A DNA stretch of 64,000 bases from an uncultured Bacteroidota bacterium. GTDB taxonomy: Bacteria > Bacteroidota > Ignavibacteria > UBA10030 > UBA6906. Below, in pieces: positions 8,007-17,735 of this stretch (position 1 is the first letter of the stretch; each line of letters opens with the position of its first letter). A model generated the notes under the pieces. It ran no database searches, was not told the origin of the DNA, and saw nothing but the letters and a program-made list of their open reading frames with translations. The stretch covers positions 448,001 to 512,000 of the forward strand of contig CAVOYH010000003.1 of NCBI GenBank assembly GCA_963700635.1, read 5' to 3'. Both the position numbers and the translations under genes were made by a program.

Positions 8007-10190
8007 TTACACCAGGGCACTCTCATTTCCTGAATCGAGGGCGAAAACGCATGACGTGCGAAGGTTTTCGGAAATGAGTCGAATTTCATCCATACTTATC
8101 TTAGACCCAAGCCCCATGACGTGCAGATCCGCCCGCGGACCTTTCTCGAACGCATCCAGTTCGCTGCTCGCAAACACCTTCAAATCGGCCGCGCGGGGAG
8201 CCCGCGACAGCTCGGACAGCAGCTCAAGCCGTTTCTGCTCTACCGGCACGACGGTCTCATTGTCGACCCGCAAAATAAGGTTCAGCTTAGCTTTCCAATT
8301 GCGCGTGAGGTGGAACGCCGTGAGCATCGCAAGATCATTGTTGCCCAGATCCATTCGTTCATCCCAGTCCGGAGGAAGATCGCGCAGCCACAGATTCACA
8401 GTCCTCTCAAGCCCGAGTCCGACTTTCTCGAATGGCACATACAGAATCAGTCCCCAATTATTAACCTTTGCACGGTCAATAATCATAGAAATATCTTCAT
8501 CTCTGATCTGGTGCTCCGCGATGCTCATGAAGACAGTGTTCGGTTTGAAAAATGCCGCTGAAAGCGCTTGCATGCTGATGCTGACGGCGTTTCCGAAGCT
8601 CTTCCCATCGATGAGTGATGAAGACGTGAAGATGCGCGCTTTGGAGAAATTTTTCACAATATCCGGAATGTACGCTTTGAGCCTCTCCGTTTCGCCCCCC
8701 GTCGTAAGGCCCAGTATTTTTATCGAGCCTTTCGGATACGTGATGGAGTAGATAAGACGGTACGCGCCCCTGATCTCCCGCGGCGCTTCGATGGGGATGA
8801 GCAGATCCGGTTGCCATGCCCGCTGTTCTTTCTGAGGAGAGAGTTCGTTGGATTTCTTGGTGGCCCACTCCGCAAGAGCGGTGAACAATCCGCTTCGCGA
8901 GTCTCCCGTTTCCGACTTCAGCTGTTTCTTGACAAGCATTCCGTAGAACGCGATGATAATTCCTGTGGAAAGCAGGGAGACAATCGGATTAATGATGAAC
9001 ATGACAAACAGCGATCCTGCGGCGCCGAGCATTGGCACGACAATCGGTACACGAAGCGTCGGACGAAAACTCGGCAAGCCGAGGCTCTGCTCAACAAGCA
9101 CAACCACATTGATCATTGCGTACGTGACCATGAAGAACATCGTTATCAACGGTGCAACCGCATTCAGGTCGCGCAACAGCAACCCGAAAAGGGCGATGCC
9201 TCCCGTAATCCACATTGCGTTCCGCGGCTCACCGCGTTTTGTGGTCTTGGTGAGGAACTCCCCCGCCGGAAGTATTTTCTTTTCACCTAACGCCAGGAGC
9301 ACGCGCGGTGCGCCGATGATCGATGACAGCGCCGAGGAGAACGTTGCCCCGAGCAATCCCGCAATCACAACGGGCTGCCATACCGAGCGGTCTATCAGCA
9401 CCGTGTAATTTTCCACAAGTTCATCCGGTGACGCAAGGAGGGCTGCCACAAACACAAGACTGACATAGACAATCGTTGTTGAAACAATCGCCGCCATGGT
9501 ACCGATCGGGATATTCTTTCTCGGGTTCGTCAGTTCCCCGGACATGTTTGCTCCCGCCATAACACCCGTCACCGCGGGGAAGAACACGGCAAAGACCCCC
9601 CAGAAGTCTGTCCCGGAGAAATTCCCTTCCGGCGTGCCACGATATGACCCGAACCACTGAAAGTCCCAGTGCAGGGGATGGACGAACAGCGCGGCATAAA
9701 TGGAGACAAGAGACCCGACGATAATCGCCATGATCACAAATTGAATCTTGAACGCAACACTGGTGCTCACATACGCAAGAACGAACACGAGTCCGAATGC
9801 CGCAAGGTCTACAAACAACGCATCGGCCTGCGGATAAATCCACTGAATCCCTTCCCGGAACCCGAAGATGTACATTGCCACCGCCAGCGCCTGCGAGAAA
9901 AAGAATGGAATGCCGATGCTTCCACCCATTTCAAGCCCGAGGGATTGTGAGATGATGGAGAATGCACCACCCGCGCCAATGCGAATGTTTGTCGTGATCG
10001 ACGACATTGCGAGGCCCGTGAAAAAAGTGATCGACGTAGCAAGTCCCACAATAAGAAGAGCCCCGCCCACCCCTGCATTTCCCACGACCCATCCCTGTCT
10101 GAGGTACATTATGACGCCAAGAATAGTAAGGAGGGACGGCGTGAAGACTCCCGCAAAAGTCCCGTAAGTTCTCTTATGAGTTGTTTTCAT
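8007..10190 (-). CDS. Cation-chloride cotransporter (SLC12/CCC-like) amino acid permease family protein
   Basis: GTFAGVFTPSLLTILGVIMYLR, GAGGAFSIISQSLGLEMGGSIG and FAVFFPAVTGVMAGANMSGEL motifs plus a cytosolic C-terminal domain. Confidence 0.9.
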   Translation of the reverse strand: MKTTHKRTYGTFAGVFTPSLLTILGVIMYLRQGWVVGNAGVGGALLIVGLATSITFFTGLAMSSITTNIRIGAGGAFSIISQSLGLEMGGSIGIPFFFSQALAVAMYIFGFREGIQWIYPQADALFVDLAAFGLVFVLAYVSTSVAFKIQFVIMAIIVGSLVSIYAALFVHPLHWDFQWFGSYRGTPEGNFSGTDFWGVFAVFFPAVTGVMAGANMSGELTNPRKNIPIGTMAAIVSTTIVYVSLVFVAALLASPDELVENYTVLIDRSVWQPVVIAGLLGATFSSALSSIIGAPRVLLALGEKKILPAGEFLTKTTKRGEPRNAMWITGGIALFGLLLRDLNAVAPLITMFFMVTYAMINVVVLVEQSLGLPSFRPTLRVPIVVPMLGAAGSLFVMFIINPIVSLLSTGIIIAFYGMLVKKQLKSETGDSRSGLFTALAEWATKKSNELSPQKEQRAWQPDLLIPIEAPREIRGAYRLIYSITYPKGSIKILGLTTGGETERLKAYIPDIVKNFSKARIFTSSSLIDGKSFGNAVSISMQALSAAFFKPNTVFMSIAEHQIRDEDISMIIDRAKVNNWGLILYVPFEKVGLGLERTVNLWLRDLPPDWDERMDLGNNDLAMLTAFHLTRNWKAKLNLILRVDNETVVPVEQKRLELLSELSRAPRAADLKVFASSELDAFEKGPRADLHVMGLGSKISMDEIRLISENLRTSCVFALDSGNESALV

Positions 10191-10269
10191 GTTTATCTGG
10201 TTGTACTGGGGGCTGGTTATCAATGTTCACAAAGGCACCTCGGGGGATTGCATGATGGGTACTGAAACA

Positions 10270-10470
10270 CAGCCGGAGACCATTGCGTATCTGGAAGCTT
10301 ATTCACTGTGCGATTCACGCATGAACACCACACAAGCTACCGCATCGGCATCATGCTCGGTTTTGCCACACACCTCATATGTATCGTTCTGGTCATTCGT
10401 CTCTACAAGCTGCTCAACAATGTGGACAAAAGCCAGGCAATGCTTATGGTGCTCTTGGTGTCCGTCGGGG
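10270..10470 (+). pseudogene. Internal fragment of a DUF4386-like membrane protein gene, opposite to the array orientation
   Basis: SYRIGIMLGFATHLICIVLVIRLYKLLNNVDKSQAMLMVLLVSVG resembles DUF4386 helices; no proper start or end. Confidence 0.5.
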
Positions 10471-10484
10471 GTGGCCCGACCCGC

Positions 10485-11114
10485 CTAATCGTCCTCTGCT
10501 CGATGGCTGGTCGCGTCTTCGTCGACCCAGTCTTCCTCGGTCCAGCTCATCCCCTTCCGGCCCGGGACCTTTCGGGATGGACCTGGACGGTAAAACCCGC
10601 AGGACTTCGGCCCGTAGCAGAATGTCTCCTGCCGGAATTTCTGATTCGATGGATTCCACTGGTCGATGATCATCTGGACTGCCATCCTGCTGCCCCAGAT
10701 GCATGAGCCGCAGCTTCCTTCATACGTCTGCACAGCCAGCCGGCGGTGCCCCCGCTTGCGGTACACCTCAAGCGCCGGTGCAAGGCCGACCCACGGCGGC
10801 GACCCGCGGAAGTCCAAAGACGCTCGTGAGACCACCTTGAATCCGCTTACCCTGTAATACGCCACCCATTCCAGATCTGGATCCGCCACCTGGAGGCAAA
10901 ATCCTTCTACAGTGTCCCCTGCCTGAATTGAGTGTTTGGCGTGGAGGGACTGCCCGATTCCAACCCAAAAATTGCCGGAGGAGCCATCGATCATGCCATC
11001 AATCTGTAGCGCGTACCCCAGGTACGAGTGATGGCGCTGGTCGAACGATCGCAAGAGCCGGATCCGGGGCTGGACCGTAACCACGATTCCGGACCATGTC
11101 AACTTCTCTGCCAT
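10485..11114 (-). CDS. Conserved hypothetical protein, Cys-rich C-terminus
   Basis: 209 aa; VQPRIRLLRSFD N-terminus; CGSCIWG...FCYGPKSC potential metal site. Confidence 0.7.
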   Translation of the reverse strand: MAEKLTWSGIVVTVQPRIRLLRSFDQRHHSYLGYALQIDGMIDGSSGNFWVGIGQSLHAKHSIQAGDTVEGFCLQVADPDLEWVAYYRVSGFKVVSRASLDFRGSPPWVGLAPALEVYRKRGHRRLAVQTYEGSCGSCIWGSRMAVQMIIDQWNPSNQKFRQETFCYGPKSCGFYRPGPSRKVPGRKGMSWTEEDWVDEDATSHRAEDD

Positions 11115-11144
11115 TCGCTCCCCCCGGGTGTGCGCTGCGGCATA

Positions 11145-11906
11145 CTATTTCCACCAGGCACGATCTTCCTCCTCCTTGGCACTCTTGTTCTCGTGGTAGT
11201 AGGCATCTCGCCAGGACTGCCAGCCGGACTTCAGATACTTCTCATCCGGGTAGAATTCTCCCGTGCCGATATCAAGATCTCCTGATTCCGGAGCCCTGTA
11301 GTCGCCCCAATTACAGACCTGCGGCTTACCGGCATTGTACGCCGTCCAGGTTCCAATGAACTGGTTGTTGGAATAGGAATCCGAGTCAATCTGAATATCG
11401 TCATATCTGAGGTGCCCGCGACGATCGACGTACCATGCGGTTGTTACACTTCCCTGAAATACTCCTACATGCGTTTGGCTGCTGTCTTCAAAAAACTCAT
11501 AGGCCCCCTGCACAATACCCTGCTTCACAATTCCGCTGTCTTTGTACGTATCATCAACACCGAAGTGCATCTGCGCAAAATGGTGGATGCCCGAGATCCT
11601 TATAGTCCCGGCAAAGTTGCAGATATTATTCTTGACCATGGACTTGCCGCTGATGGCATATCTATCCGGGTGATCAGGTTCACGAGTTGCCGACATTACC
11701 CTGATACGGATGCGCTGATAGTGTTCCCCGATAAAGCCAAAAACCGGCCGGCTGTTGGTCGTCGTCCAGAGCGGAGCAAAGTCAAATTCCGCCACGTTCA
11801 CTTTGCTTTGGTTTGAAGAAGGCTCGACGTGAGTTTGTCCTAACGCAGGGATGGCGGCAGCAAGTAGGACGGCGCAGGAAAGATTGATCACGTATCTGGA
11901 GACCAT
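11145..11906 (-). CDS. Secreted hypothetical protein
   Basis: Signal peptide; FGFIGEHYQRIRI and CNWGDYR motifs. Confidence 0.75.
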   Translation of the reverse strand: MVSRYVINLSCAVLLAAAIPALGQTHVEPSSNQSKVNVAEFDFAPLWTTTNSRPVFGFIGEHYQRIRIRVMSATREPDHPDRYAISGKSMVKNNICNFAGTIRISGIHHFAQMHFGVDDTYKDSGIVKQGIVQGAYEFFEDSSQTHVGVFQGSVTTAWYVDRRGHLRYDDIQIDSDSYSNNQFIGTWTAYNAGKPQVCNWGDYRAPESGDLDIGTGEFYPDEKYLKSGWQSWRDAYYHENKSAKEEEDRAWWK

Positions 11907-11966
11907 TGTAGATGTTTCCCTGTCAAGATGAATGGGGCTATGGAGCGGGCACTCTCCGCCTGAGTT

Positions 11967-13070
11967 CTAGAACTTGTCCGCCTGATCAAAAAGGGTTTTC
12001 AAACCATCAGGCATCGATCGCCGCACGACCCAGGCTAAGAACTCGAGAGAATGATCGTGCTCAGGAAAGGTAAAGACATGGATGTTCGTTTTCTCGAGTT
12101 CCCTGGCCCTTTGCTGAATCTCTACGACTCCCTCCACGGGGCAGTTCGCATCGTCCACACCGTGAAAGAGGAAGACGGGCATGTCGAGTCGTAAGATTCG
12201 TGTCCTGGTCGGCTCAAGTGCCCTGTGTTCATCAATCCAGCGCGTCCCGATCCGGTAGAAGGAATTCCATATCCATTCGTCATCCTTCCTCTCAATTGCT
12301 GAAAGAATTTCTTCCAGGCGGGGAGCAAGGATGATGCGAAAGTCTTCGGTCGTCAGAACAGAGTCGCCATTCATGTCGAGATCGCCGAATGTTTTGCCCC
12401 CCACACGCGCAATCGCTCTTGCATCCGCACTGTCATACTCGATCCGCTGGATGATTCCATCATTGTTCGTGTCGAAGAACTTTCTGAATGTGATCATCGA
12501 CGATGCGCCGCTGTGCTGCCAGAGTATGGTCGAATAGACGTCATCCGGGGGTGTGCCGGCGAGAAACACTGCTTCAATCGGAACCAATTGCCGCTCCGCC
12601 AGCAGGCTGGCAATAATCGCACCTTCGCTCCAGCCGAGGAGAATGAATTTGCAGGACGCTAATCTTTTGTCATTCCTCAGGTACCTGACAATGGCTTCCA
12701 GGTCCCTCACTTTGACCGATGGCGTGTATGACCAGAACTTCTCCCTGTCAACCTTGTCAAAATACGGCGATGTTGTGTCCGGAACCGTATAGCGGGTATT
12801 GTAGCTAAAATAGGCAATGCCCCGCCTGGCGAACTCATCGGCAAAATAGTCGTGATATTTGAAAATTGTGCTTCTCCCAATCTTCCGGGTGTTTTCGTAC
12901 GTCTGCGGACCCGTGCTCGGCACATCAATGACGATTTTGTGCTGGAAACTGGTTGAAGGGATAGTCAGCCTTCCTTCAATGACTTCGCTGTCGAAACTCT
13001 GAATTCGCAGGATCTCCTGCGCTTGGATCGGGACGACAGCAAGGATGAGACAAAGCACCGTGGTTTTCAT
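11967..13070 (-). CDS. Secreted alpha/beta hydrolase with EF-hand-like insert
   Basis: GWSEG nucleophile elbow; HGVDD and HDH (Asp/His candidates); DTNNDGIIQRIEY and DMNGDSVLTTEDF loops. Confidence 0.8.
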   Translation of the reverse strand: MKTTVLCLILAVVPIQAQEILRIQSFDSEVIEGRLTIPSTSFQHKIVIDVPSTGPQTYENTRKIGRSTIFKYHDYFADEFARRGIAYFSYNTRYTVPDTTSPYFDKVDREKFWSYTPSVKVRDLEAIVRYLRNDKRLASCKFILLGWSEGAIIASLLAERQLVPIEAVFLAGTPPDDVYSTILWQHSGASSMITFRKFFDTNNDGIIQRIEYDSADARAIARVGGKTFGDLDMNGDSVLTTEDFRIILAPRLEEILSAIERKDDEWIWNSFYRIGTRWIDEHRALEPTRTRILRLDMPVFLFHGVDDANCPVEGVVEIQQRARELEKTNIHVFTFPEHDHSLEFLAWVVRRSMPDGLKTLFDQADKF

Positions 13071-13183
13071 CTGGTTTCCCCGAAGCAGAAATATCGTTGG
13101 CAGTTTTGTGGAATACTCTCACTCCCACGTGAGTAAAACCGCACAGATGTATGGATAGATGCACCTCCAGCCCTTCTTGGATG

Positions 13184-13927
13184 TCAGCGATCACTCTTTG
13201 CTGCAACAGGAGCGTGTGCAAGCGCCGAAGGCGACTGACAGCTGACAATTGCCGGGGCCTCGTGTATCAACTCGTCATTCTCTAAGGCGGCTACCATGAA
13301 GTGCGCAAAGTCTACGCGGCGCGTGATATTACTCTTGAGAATTGAGTCGCCCACGTGCCGACTCCAAACGGGCAAACCCTGACTCTCCCCCTCTTCGAGG
13401 TCACTTCCGCGCACGACCGTCCACCGCGTATCGCTGGCAAATACCCGCCGGCACGCTTCGACCTGATCGTCCAAGTCCGCAAGGCGAATGAGCCGGGCAA
13501 ACCAGCCGAAGACACTCGCGAACAATTTGAACGACCTCGTGTATACATCCTGCCCGTCTCGCGTAATGTGCCAGCCACACGAAAACACAAGACGCGCACC
13601 CGGCGGCGCGTAGTCGAGCACGGCCTGCGCGGTCCCGGTCGAGTACTGTTGGACTCCCCACGGGACCAGGACAGTGAGTACCCCGTCGCACCCTACAATC
13701 GCTTTCTTGATAACCTCGCGGTCATCCGTTGCGCCCGGAAAGATGCGTATGCGCCCTTTGAATGCATCGAGTTTCCCGACGCTACGCTCCCGGCAAACCC
13801 CGACCACCTCATAGCCCCGATCCAGCGCGTGCTGCACCATGTATTTCCCGAGCTTGCCGGAGGCCCCGACGATACAGACCCTCCTAGGTTCCGTTCCTGA
13901 GTGTTTCATAGATTGTATTACTTTCAT
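13184..13927 (-). CDS. NAD(P)H-binding protein (atypical SDR, biliverdin reductase B-like)
   Basis: IVGASGKLG Rossmann motif; WTVVRGSDL and ITRRVDFA motifs. Confidence 0.85.
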   Translation of the reverse strand: MKVIQSMKHSGTEPRRVCIVGASGKLGKYMVQHALDRGYEVVGVCRERSVGKLDAFKGRIRIFPGATDDREVIKKAIVGCDGVLTVLVPWGVQQYSTGTAQAVLDYAPPGARLVFSCGWHITRDGQDVYTRSFKLFASVFGWFARLIRLADLDDQVEACRRVFASDTRWTVVRGSDLEEGESQGLPVWSRHVGDSILKSNITRRVDFAHFMVAALENDELIHEAPAIVSCQSPSALAHAPVAAKSDR

Positions 13928-13946
13928 AAATGTGAATGGTCATTGC

Positions 13947-14166
13947 TACTTACGTATCGCCACACAACACCAGCGTCTGCCAAACTACTCGAATGGTTCA
14001 GGAGCATCCTCAGCGTGATGCGACCAGAATGGCGATACCTCGGGAACCACTGGCCAATGGCGCTGTCGAGGGCAAGCTCACTTTGCCCTGGCCGCACCGG
14101 ACCTTGAAGCACGCTCCAATGCAACACCTCTACTAAGAGGGATCGTCGTGGTTACGCCTGGTATGC
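13947..14166 (-). repeat. Split or hybrid attC-like site interrupted by a gene fragment
   Basis: Cassette-strand left arm GCATACC-AGGCG-TAACCACG; 14075-14155 is strongly similar to 20233-20315; right end ...GGCGATAC-GTAAGTA. Confidence 0.6.
13975..14077 (-). pseudogene. Internal fragment of a serine hydrolase (beta-lactamase family) gene
   Basis: LALDSAIGQWFPRYRHSGRITLRMLLNHSSSLAD matches the LxLDDxxxxWxP...ITxRxLLxHxSG segment. Confidence 0.65.
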
Positions 14167-14181
14167 GTTCGTTGGTGTGCG

Positions 14182-14598
14182 CTAGTTCTCCCGTTGAGCG
14201 GTGATCTTACCTGCGATATATCCCATCGGTAGATAGGCTCCTGCCAAATCAACGATAGTAAACCATGCTGGGGAAGGCAGCATGATCACGTTGATGATCC
14301 CACCGAGGAGAAACCAGGCACCAACGCCAAGCGCAAACAACATCTTCCGTGTCGTGGCCAGGACGCTCGCAACGAGGGCTCCGACGAACGTTCCGATGGC
14401 GTGAGCGAGAAACGGCATCACGAAATTCTTCGGCTCGAACAGGTGCATCGACGATTTTAGGCCTTCCATCGTGGTCACGTCCGCTCCTGTGGGAGGAGGG
14501 ATAATGGAGGGACCGAGCATAACGATGCCCATGTTGACGAGTCCGCCGACCACGACGCCGGCAATGACAGCGAGGATGTTCTTGAGAATTGGGTTCAT
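14182..14598 (-). CDS. Conserved hypothetical membrane protein
   Basis: MNPILKNILAVIAGVVVGG... with 4 TM helices; start at ATG 14598 downstream of an attC-like core. Confidence 0.75.
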   Translation of the reverse strand: MNPILKNILAVIAGVVVGGLVNMGIVMLGPSIIPPPTGADVTTMEGLKSSMHLFEPKNFVMPFLAHAIGTFVGALVASVLATTRKMLFALGVGAWFLLGGIINVIMLPSPAWFTIVDLAGAYLPMGYIAGKITAQREN

Positions 14599-14658
14599 GA
14601 GGCTATTCTCTCCTGATCTGTTAATGTGCTTTGGACTGATTAGGCTCACGCCAATAAG

Positions 14659-14804
14659 GCATAACGTCTCGCCCAACAACGAAGGCCCGCCCACCGCGCT
14701 CTTCTCTCAAGAAGTGGCGGGCTTGCGCGACCACGAATTGACCTTCACAGCTCCTAGTCACAGCCATTTCAACTGAGCGAGCATCGTTGTTACGCGTGCT
14801 ATGT
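14659..14804 (-). repeat. attC-like site (~146 bp)
   Basis: Cassette strand ACATAGC-ACGCG-TAACAACG ... CGTTGTTG-GGCGAGAC-GTTATGC, with complementary L boxes and a GTTATGC core-like site. Confidence 0.7.
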
Positions 14805-14842
14805 GCAGTGCGCCGCCATTTACGTGGAGGCCCCTTACGTTC

Positions 14843-16012
14843 TCATACAAGCCATCCATATGCATGTGCGATGACTTCAAATACTTCCCAAATGAGTTCC
14901 TCGCCCGATTCTCCGTTTGTCATGATGACGATGCCGTCAGGGACATCAACTGAAAGGACCATGAAACAGCGATACCCACCATTCCCTCCGCCGTGCTGAA
15001 ATCGAAAGACGCCCGAACTCGGCAACGACAGTCCGAGTCCAAAATCGTCAATCTGTCTGGTCAACATCTCACGAGCGAGATTCTGGCTCAGGAGCTTGTT
15101 TAATCTTCCATGATATGATTGCCAGAGCCCAATCATAAATGAGGCTAAGTCTTTGGGAGTTGTCCAGAGTCCTCCTGCCGCTTGTTCAGGGAGCGTGTGC
15201 CAGGATCCCTTGAGGGGAGTTCCATTAGCAAGGTGGCCAACAGCGGCATGTGACCGCCGTGCGACTGGCAGCGGCTGCTCAAACGTGCTGGAGGACATTC
15301 CTGCAGGTCGCAACACAAACTCATTGGCAAGTGACTCAAATGTACGATGCGACACGTCGGTCATGAGAACCTGCAAGACGACGTAGCCACCGCCAGAATA
15401 CTGGAATTTCGCCCCCGGCTGATACACAGGTCGAACCGAGTCTGCAGTCGCTGACCATTTCCCATCGAGAATCTCAACGAGCGTTGGGAGTTCGTCATTA
15501 GCCGAGAATTCCGGAACACCGTGCATTGACAGTCCAGCAGAGTGACTTAGCAGCCTGCGTAGTGTGACAGGCTGCTTTCTCGTAAACTCGTTCCTCTTCA
15601 CTTTCCATGACAACAACTTGAGGTTTACGTCTTCGTCTAACGAGAGCATTCCCATTTCCACCATACGCAGCGCAACAACAGCAGACACAGGCTTGGAAAT
15701 GGATGCTGCTTGAAACAACGTGCTTGTGTCTACGCGTTCAGGTTTCCCGTGTTCAAGAATCCCATACCCTCTCGCCCAGTCTATTCGTCCGTTATGAACA
15801 ACTGCAATGCTCAGTCCGGGTACGTGATGCTGCTCCAGCTCAATTGTTAGAGCATCCTCAGGAATCGGTGTGCCAGCGACCACCCGGCTTTTCAAGGCAT
15901 CCTGGTGTCGTGAGCAACCAGGCCCAAATGAAAGGAGCGCCGTGAAGAAGCAAACCCGGAGGATGCGGGTTAGTGTCGTTGTATGTGATTGAGTTCCTCC
16001 TGACCGATTCAT
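14843..16012 (-). CDS. Serine hydrolase (class C beta-lactamase-like family), probable lipoprotein
   Basis: AASISK (SxxK), ITLR-like VTLRRLLSHSAGL, YSGGGY and HGGG motifs; GPGC lipobox-like. Confidence 0.9.
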   Translation of the reverse strand: MNRSGGTQSHTTTLTRILRVCFFTALLSFGPGCSRHQDALKSRVVAGTPIPEDALTIELEQHHVPGLSIAVVHNGRIDWARGYGILEHGKPERVDTSTLFQAASISKPVSAVVALRMVEMGMLSLDEDVNLKLLSWKVKRNEFTRKQPVTLRRLLSHSAGLSMHGVPEFSANDELPTLVEILDGKWSATADSVRPVYQPGAKFQYSGGGYVVLQVLMTDVSHRTFESLANEFVLRPAGMSSSTFEQPLPVARRSHAAVGHLANGTPLKGSWHTLPEQAAGGLWTTPKDLASFMIGLWQSYHGRLNKLLSQNLAREMLTRQIDDFGLGLSLPSSGVFRFQHGGGNGGYRCFMVLSVDVPDGIVIMTNGESGEELIWEVFEVIAHAYGWLV

Positions 16013-16049
16013 ATTGGTCTCGACGTGTTTTCGGTTGACGGCGCTCTGC

Positions 16050-16076
16050 AAAAAGCGTCTCGCCGCACCACGCAGC
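16050..16076 (-). repeat. attC-like right end with mutated core
   Basis: Cassette strand GCTGCGTGGTGCGGCGAGAC-GCTTTTT; 15-bp exact match (GCCGCACCACGCAGC) to 19867-19881. Confidence 0.5.
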
Positions 16077-16148
16077 GGCGAGCACTGCGCTGTTTTATCA
16101 AATGCGCGAAGCGTTGTCTAGTGGTCATACTCCAACATCCGGAGTGTA

Positions 16149-17132
16149 TCATACGTGATCTTCCACAATTATCACTACTTTTCCTCGAGCATGTCCTTCT
16201 CCCAGATACCGAAGTGCTTCAGCAGCCTCACGTAACGGATACCGTCTATCAATAACCGGAACGACTTTGCCCGCCTCCAGAAGTTCTTTGAGAATGAGCA
16301 AATCTTTTTGTTCTATTTTCGCCGATACGCCACCCATTGTCTTGCCCCCGGTTTTTGACATCCATGATCCGAGGAGCATAGCCTGAAAGATTTGAGCCTT
16401 AGTTCCTCCCGCCATGACATAGGTGCCCTTGGGCGTCAGGGCACGCCTGTACGCTGAAAGCGGATGATATCCATTTGCGGCAAGAATGATGTCATACTGT
16501 TGACCACTTTGGGTGAAATCTTCATTTGTATAATCGATAACATGGTCTGCTCCCAGCGAGCGCGCCTGCTCCACATTCCTGGTACTGCACACGGCGGTGA
16601 CCTCAGCCCCGAGCGATTTGGCAATCTGCACCGCAAACGTTCCCACCCCACCCGATGCTCCATTGATCAAGACTTTTTGTCCCGCCTGAATATGCCCTTC
16701 ATCGCGGAGGCCCTGCAGCGCGGTGAGGGCGGCCATGGGCACAGCCGCCGCTTGCTCAAACGACAGATTGACCGGTTTCAGCGCCAATGCTCTTTCAGGA
16801 ACAGAGACGTACTCGGCAAAAGCACCTCTCCCAAATGACGCGGCATCCCCGAAGACCTCATCACCCGGCTGGAACTGCTTCACGTTTCTGCCCACAGCTT
16901 CGACTTGCCCCGATAGGTCAGCGCCTAGTCGCGTGTTTTTAGGTTTGAGCAGTCCCCCGCCCATCAGGCGAATCAGGAATATGTCTGCAGTAAGGAAATG
17001 CCAGTCATACGCATTGACGGACGCCGCATGAACCTTGATCAAAACTTGATCGTCCTTGGCCGCAGGTTTGTCGACGTCTTTGAGTTGAAGAACATCCGGT
17101 GATCCATACGTTGTGTACACAATTGCCTTCAT
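16149..17132 (-). CDS. NAD(P)-dependent quinone oxidoreductase / alcohol dehydrogenase (MDR family, Zn-independent)
   Basis: YGSPDVL, VHAASVN, INGASGGVG and GHARGKVVI motifs. Confidence 0.9.
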   Translation of the reverse strand: MKAIVYTTYGSPDVLQLKDVDKPAAKDDQVLIKVHAASVNAYDWHFLTADIFLIRLMGGGLLKPKNTRLGADLSGQVEAVGRNVKQFQPGDEVFGDAASFGRGAFAEYVSVPERALALKPVNLSFEQAAAVPMAALTALQGLRDEGHIQAGQKVLINGASGGVGTFAVQIAKSLGAEVTAVCSTRNVEQARSLGADHVIDYTNEDFTQSGQQYDIILAANGYHPLSAYRRALTPKGTYVMAGGTKAQIFQAMLLGSWMSKTGGKTMGGVSAKIEQKDLLILKELLEAGKVVPVIDRRYPLREAAEALRYLGEGHARGKVVIIVEDHV

Positions 17133-17153
17133 AAATCTTCCCTCAAGATTACT

Positions 17154-17735
17154 TTAGTGCTGCATATCTATCCAGAAGCTGAAGGAACTGTTGCCCACCC
17201 AGCGCCAGTCCTTTGTGAAGAACCGGCCGCTGAAGTAGCGCCTCCGCAGGTGAACGGTATCGTGCTGAAGCGTCGCGTGCCAGGATTGCGTGACACCCAT
17301 ACGATCGACCACAAAGGAATCGCGCGCCGTGACAGGGGGCGAAATATCATAAGGTGCGACCGAGAAGCGAGTGCTATCGTACGCTTCCGTCACGGTGAAG
17401 AAGTTGCTTGTTGCAAGCCCGCCATCGCCGAGGGCCACACGGATGGGGCCGTTGGAGGCACCAAAGGGCGCATAGCTGTAGAGCACCGAGGCCGAGCCAC
17501 TGTCTGCAGTCAGTGCATCGCCGCCTGTGAAGCGTACGGCATTGTACCGTGGGGGAAGAACGAACTGAGTTCCGCTGAGAGTCACCATGGTCCCGATTTG
17601 ACCTGAGCTCGGAGAAGCATAGATGAAGAGTGCTGGATCCTTACCCTGGGTCGGTGCGAATTGGCTGCCAAGATCGGAACAATTTATCTGGCAGAACATC
17701 AGTGCAAGCACACTGACCCGAGGCAAAGACGACAT
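17154..17735 (-). CDS. IPT/TIG-domain lipoprotein, possibly 3'-truncated
   Basis: Signal ending in C-SDLG; SPSSGQIGTMVTLSGTQF IPT/TIG-like motif; C-terminus looks out of register. Confidence 0.55.
   Translation of the reverse strand: MSSLPRVSVLALMFCQINCSDLGSQFAPTQGKDPALFIYASPSSGQIGTMVTLSGTQFVLPPRYNAVRFTGGDALTADSGSASVLYSYAPFGASNGPIRVALGDGGLATSNFFTVTEAYDSTRFSVAPYDISPPVTARDSFVVDRMGVTQSWHATLQHDTVHLRRRYFSGRFFTKDWRWVGNSSFSFWIDMQH

Noticed and set aside
14843-16012. Clinical-type beta-lactamase resistance cassette
   Set aside because: Motifs fit the broad serine hydrolase family (YSG and HGG rather than AmpC YxN and KTG); resistance cannot be claimed.
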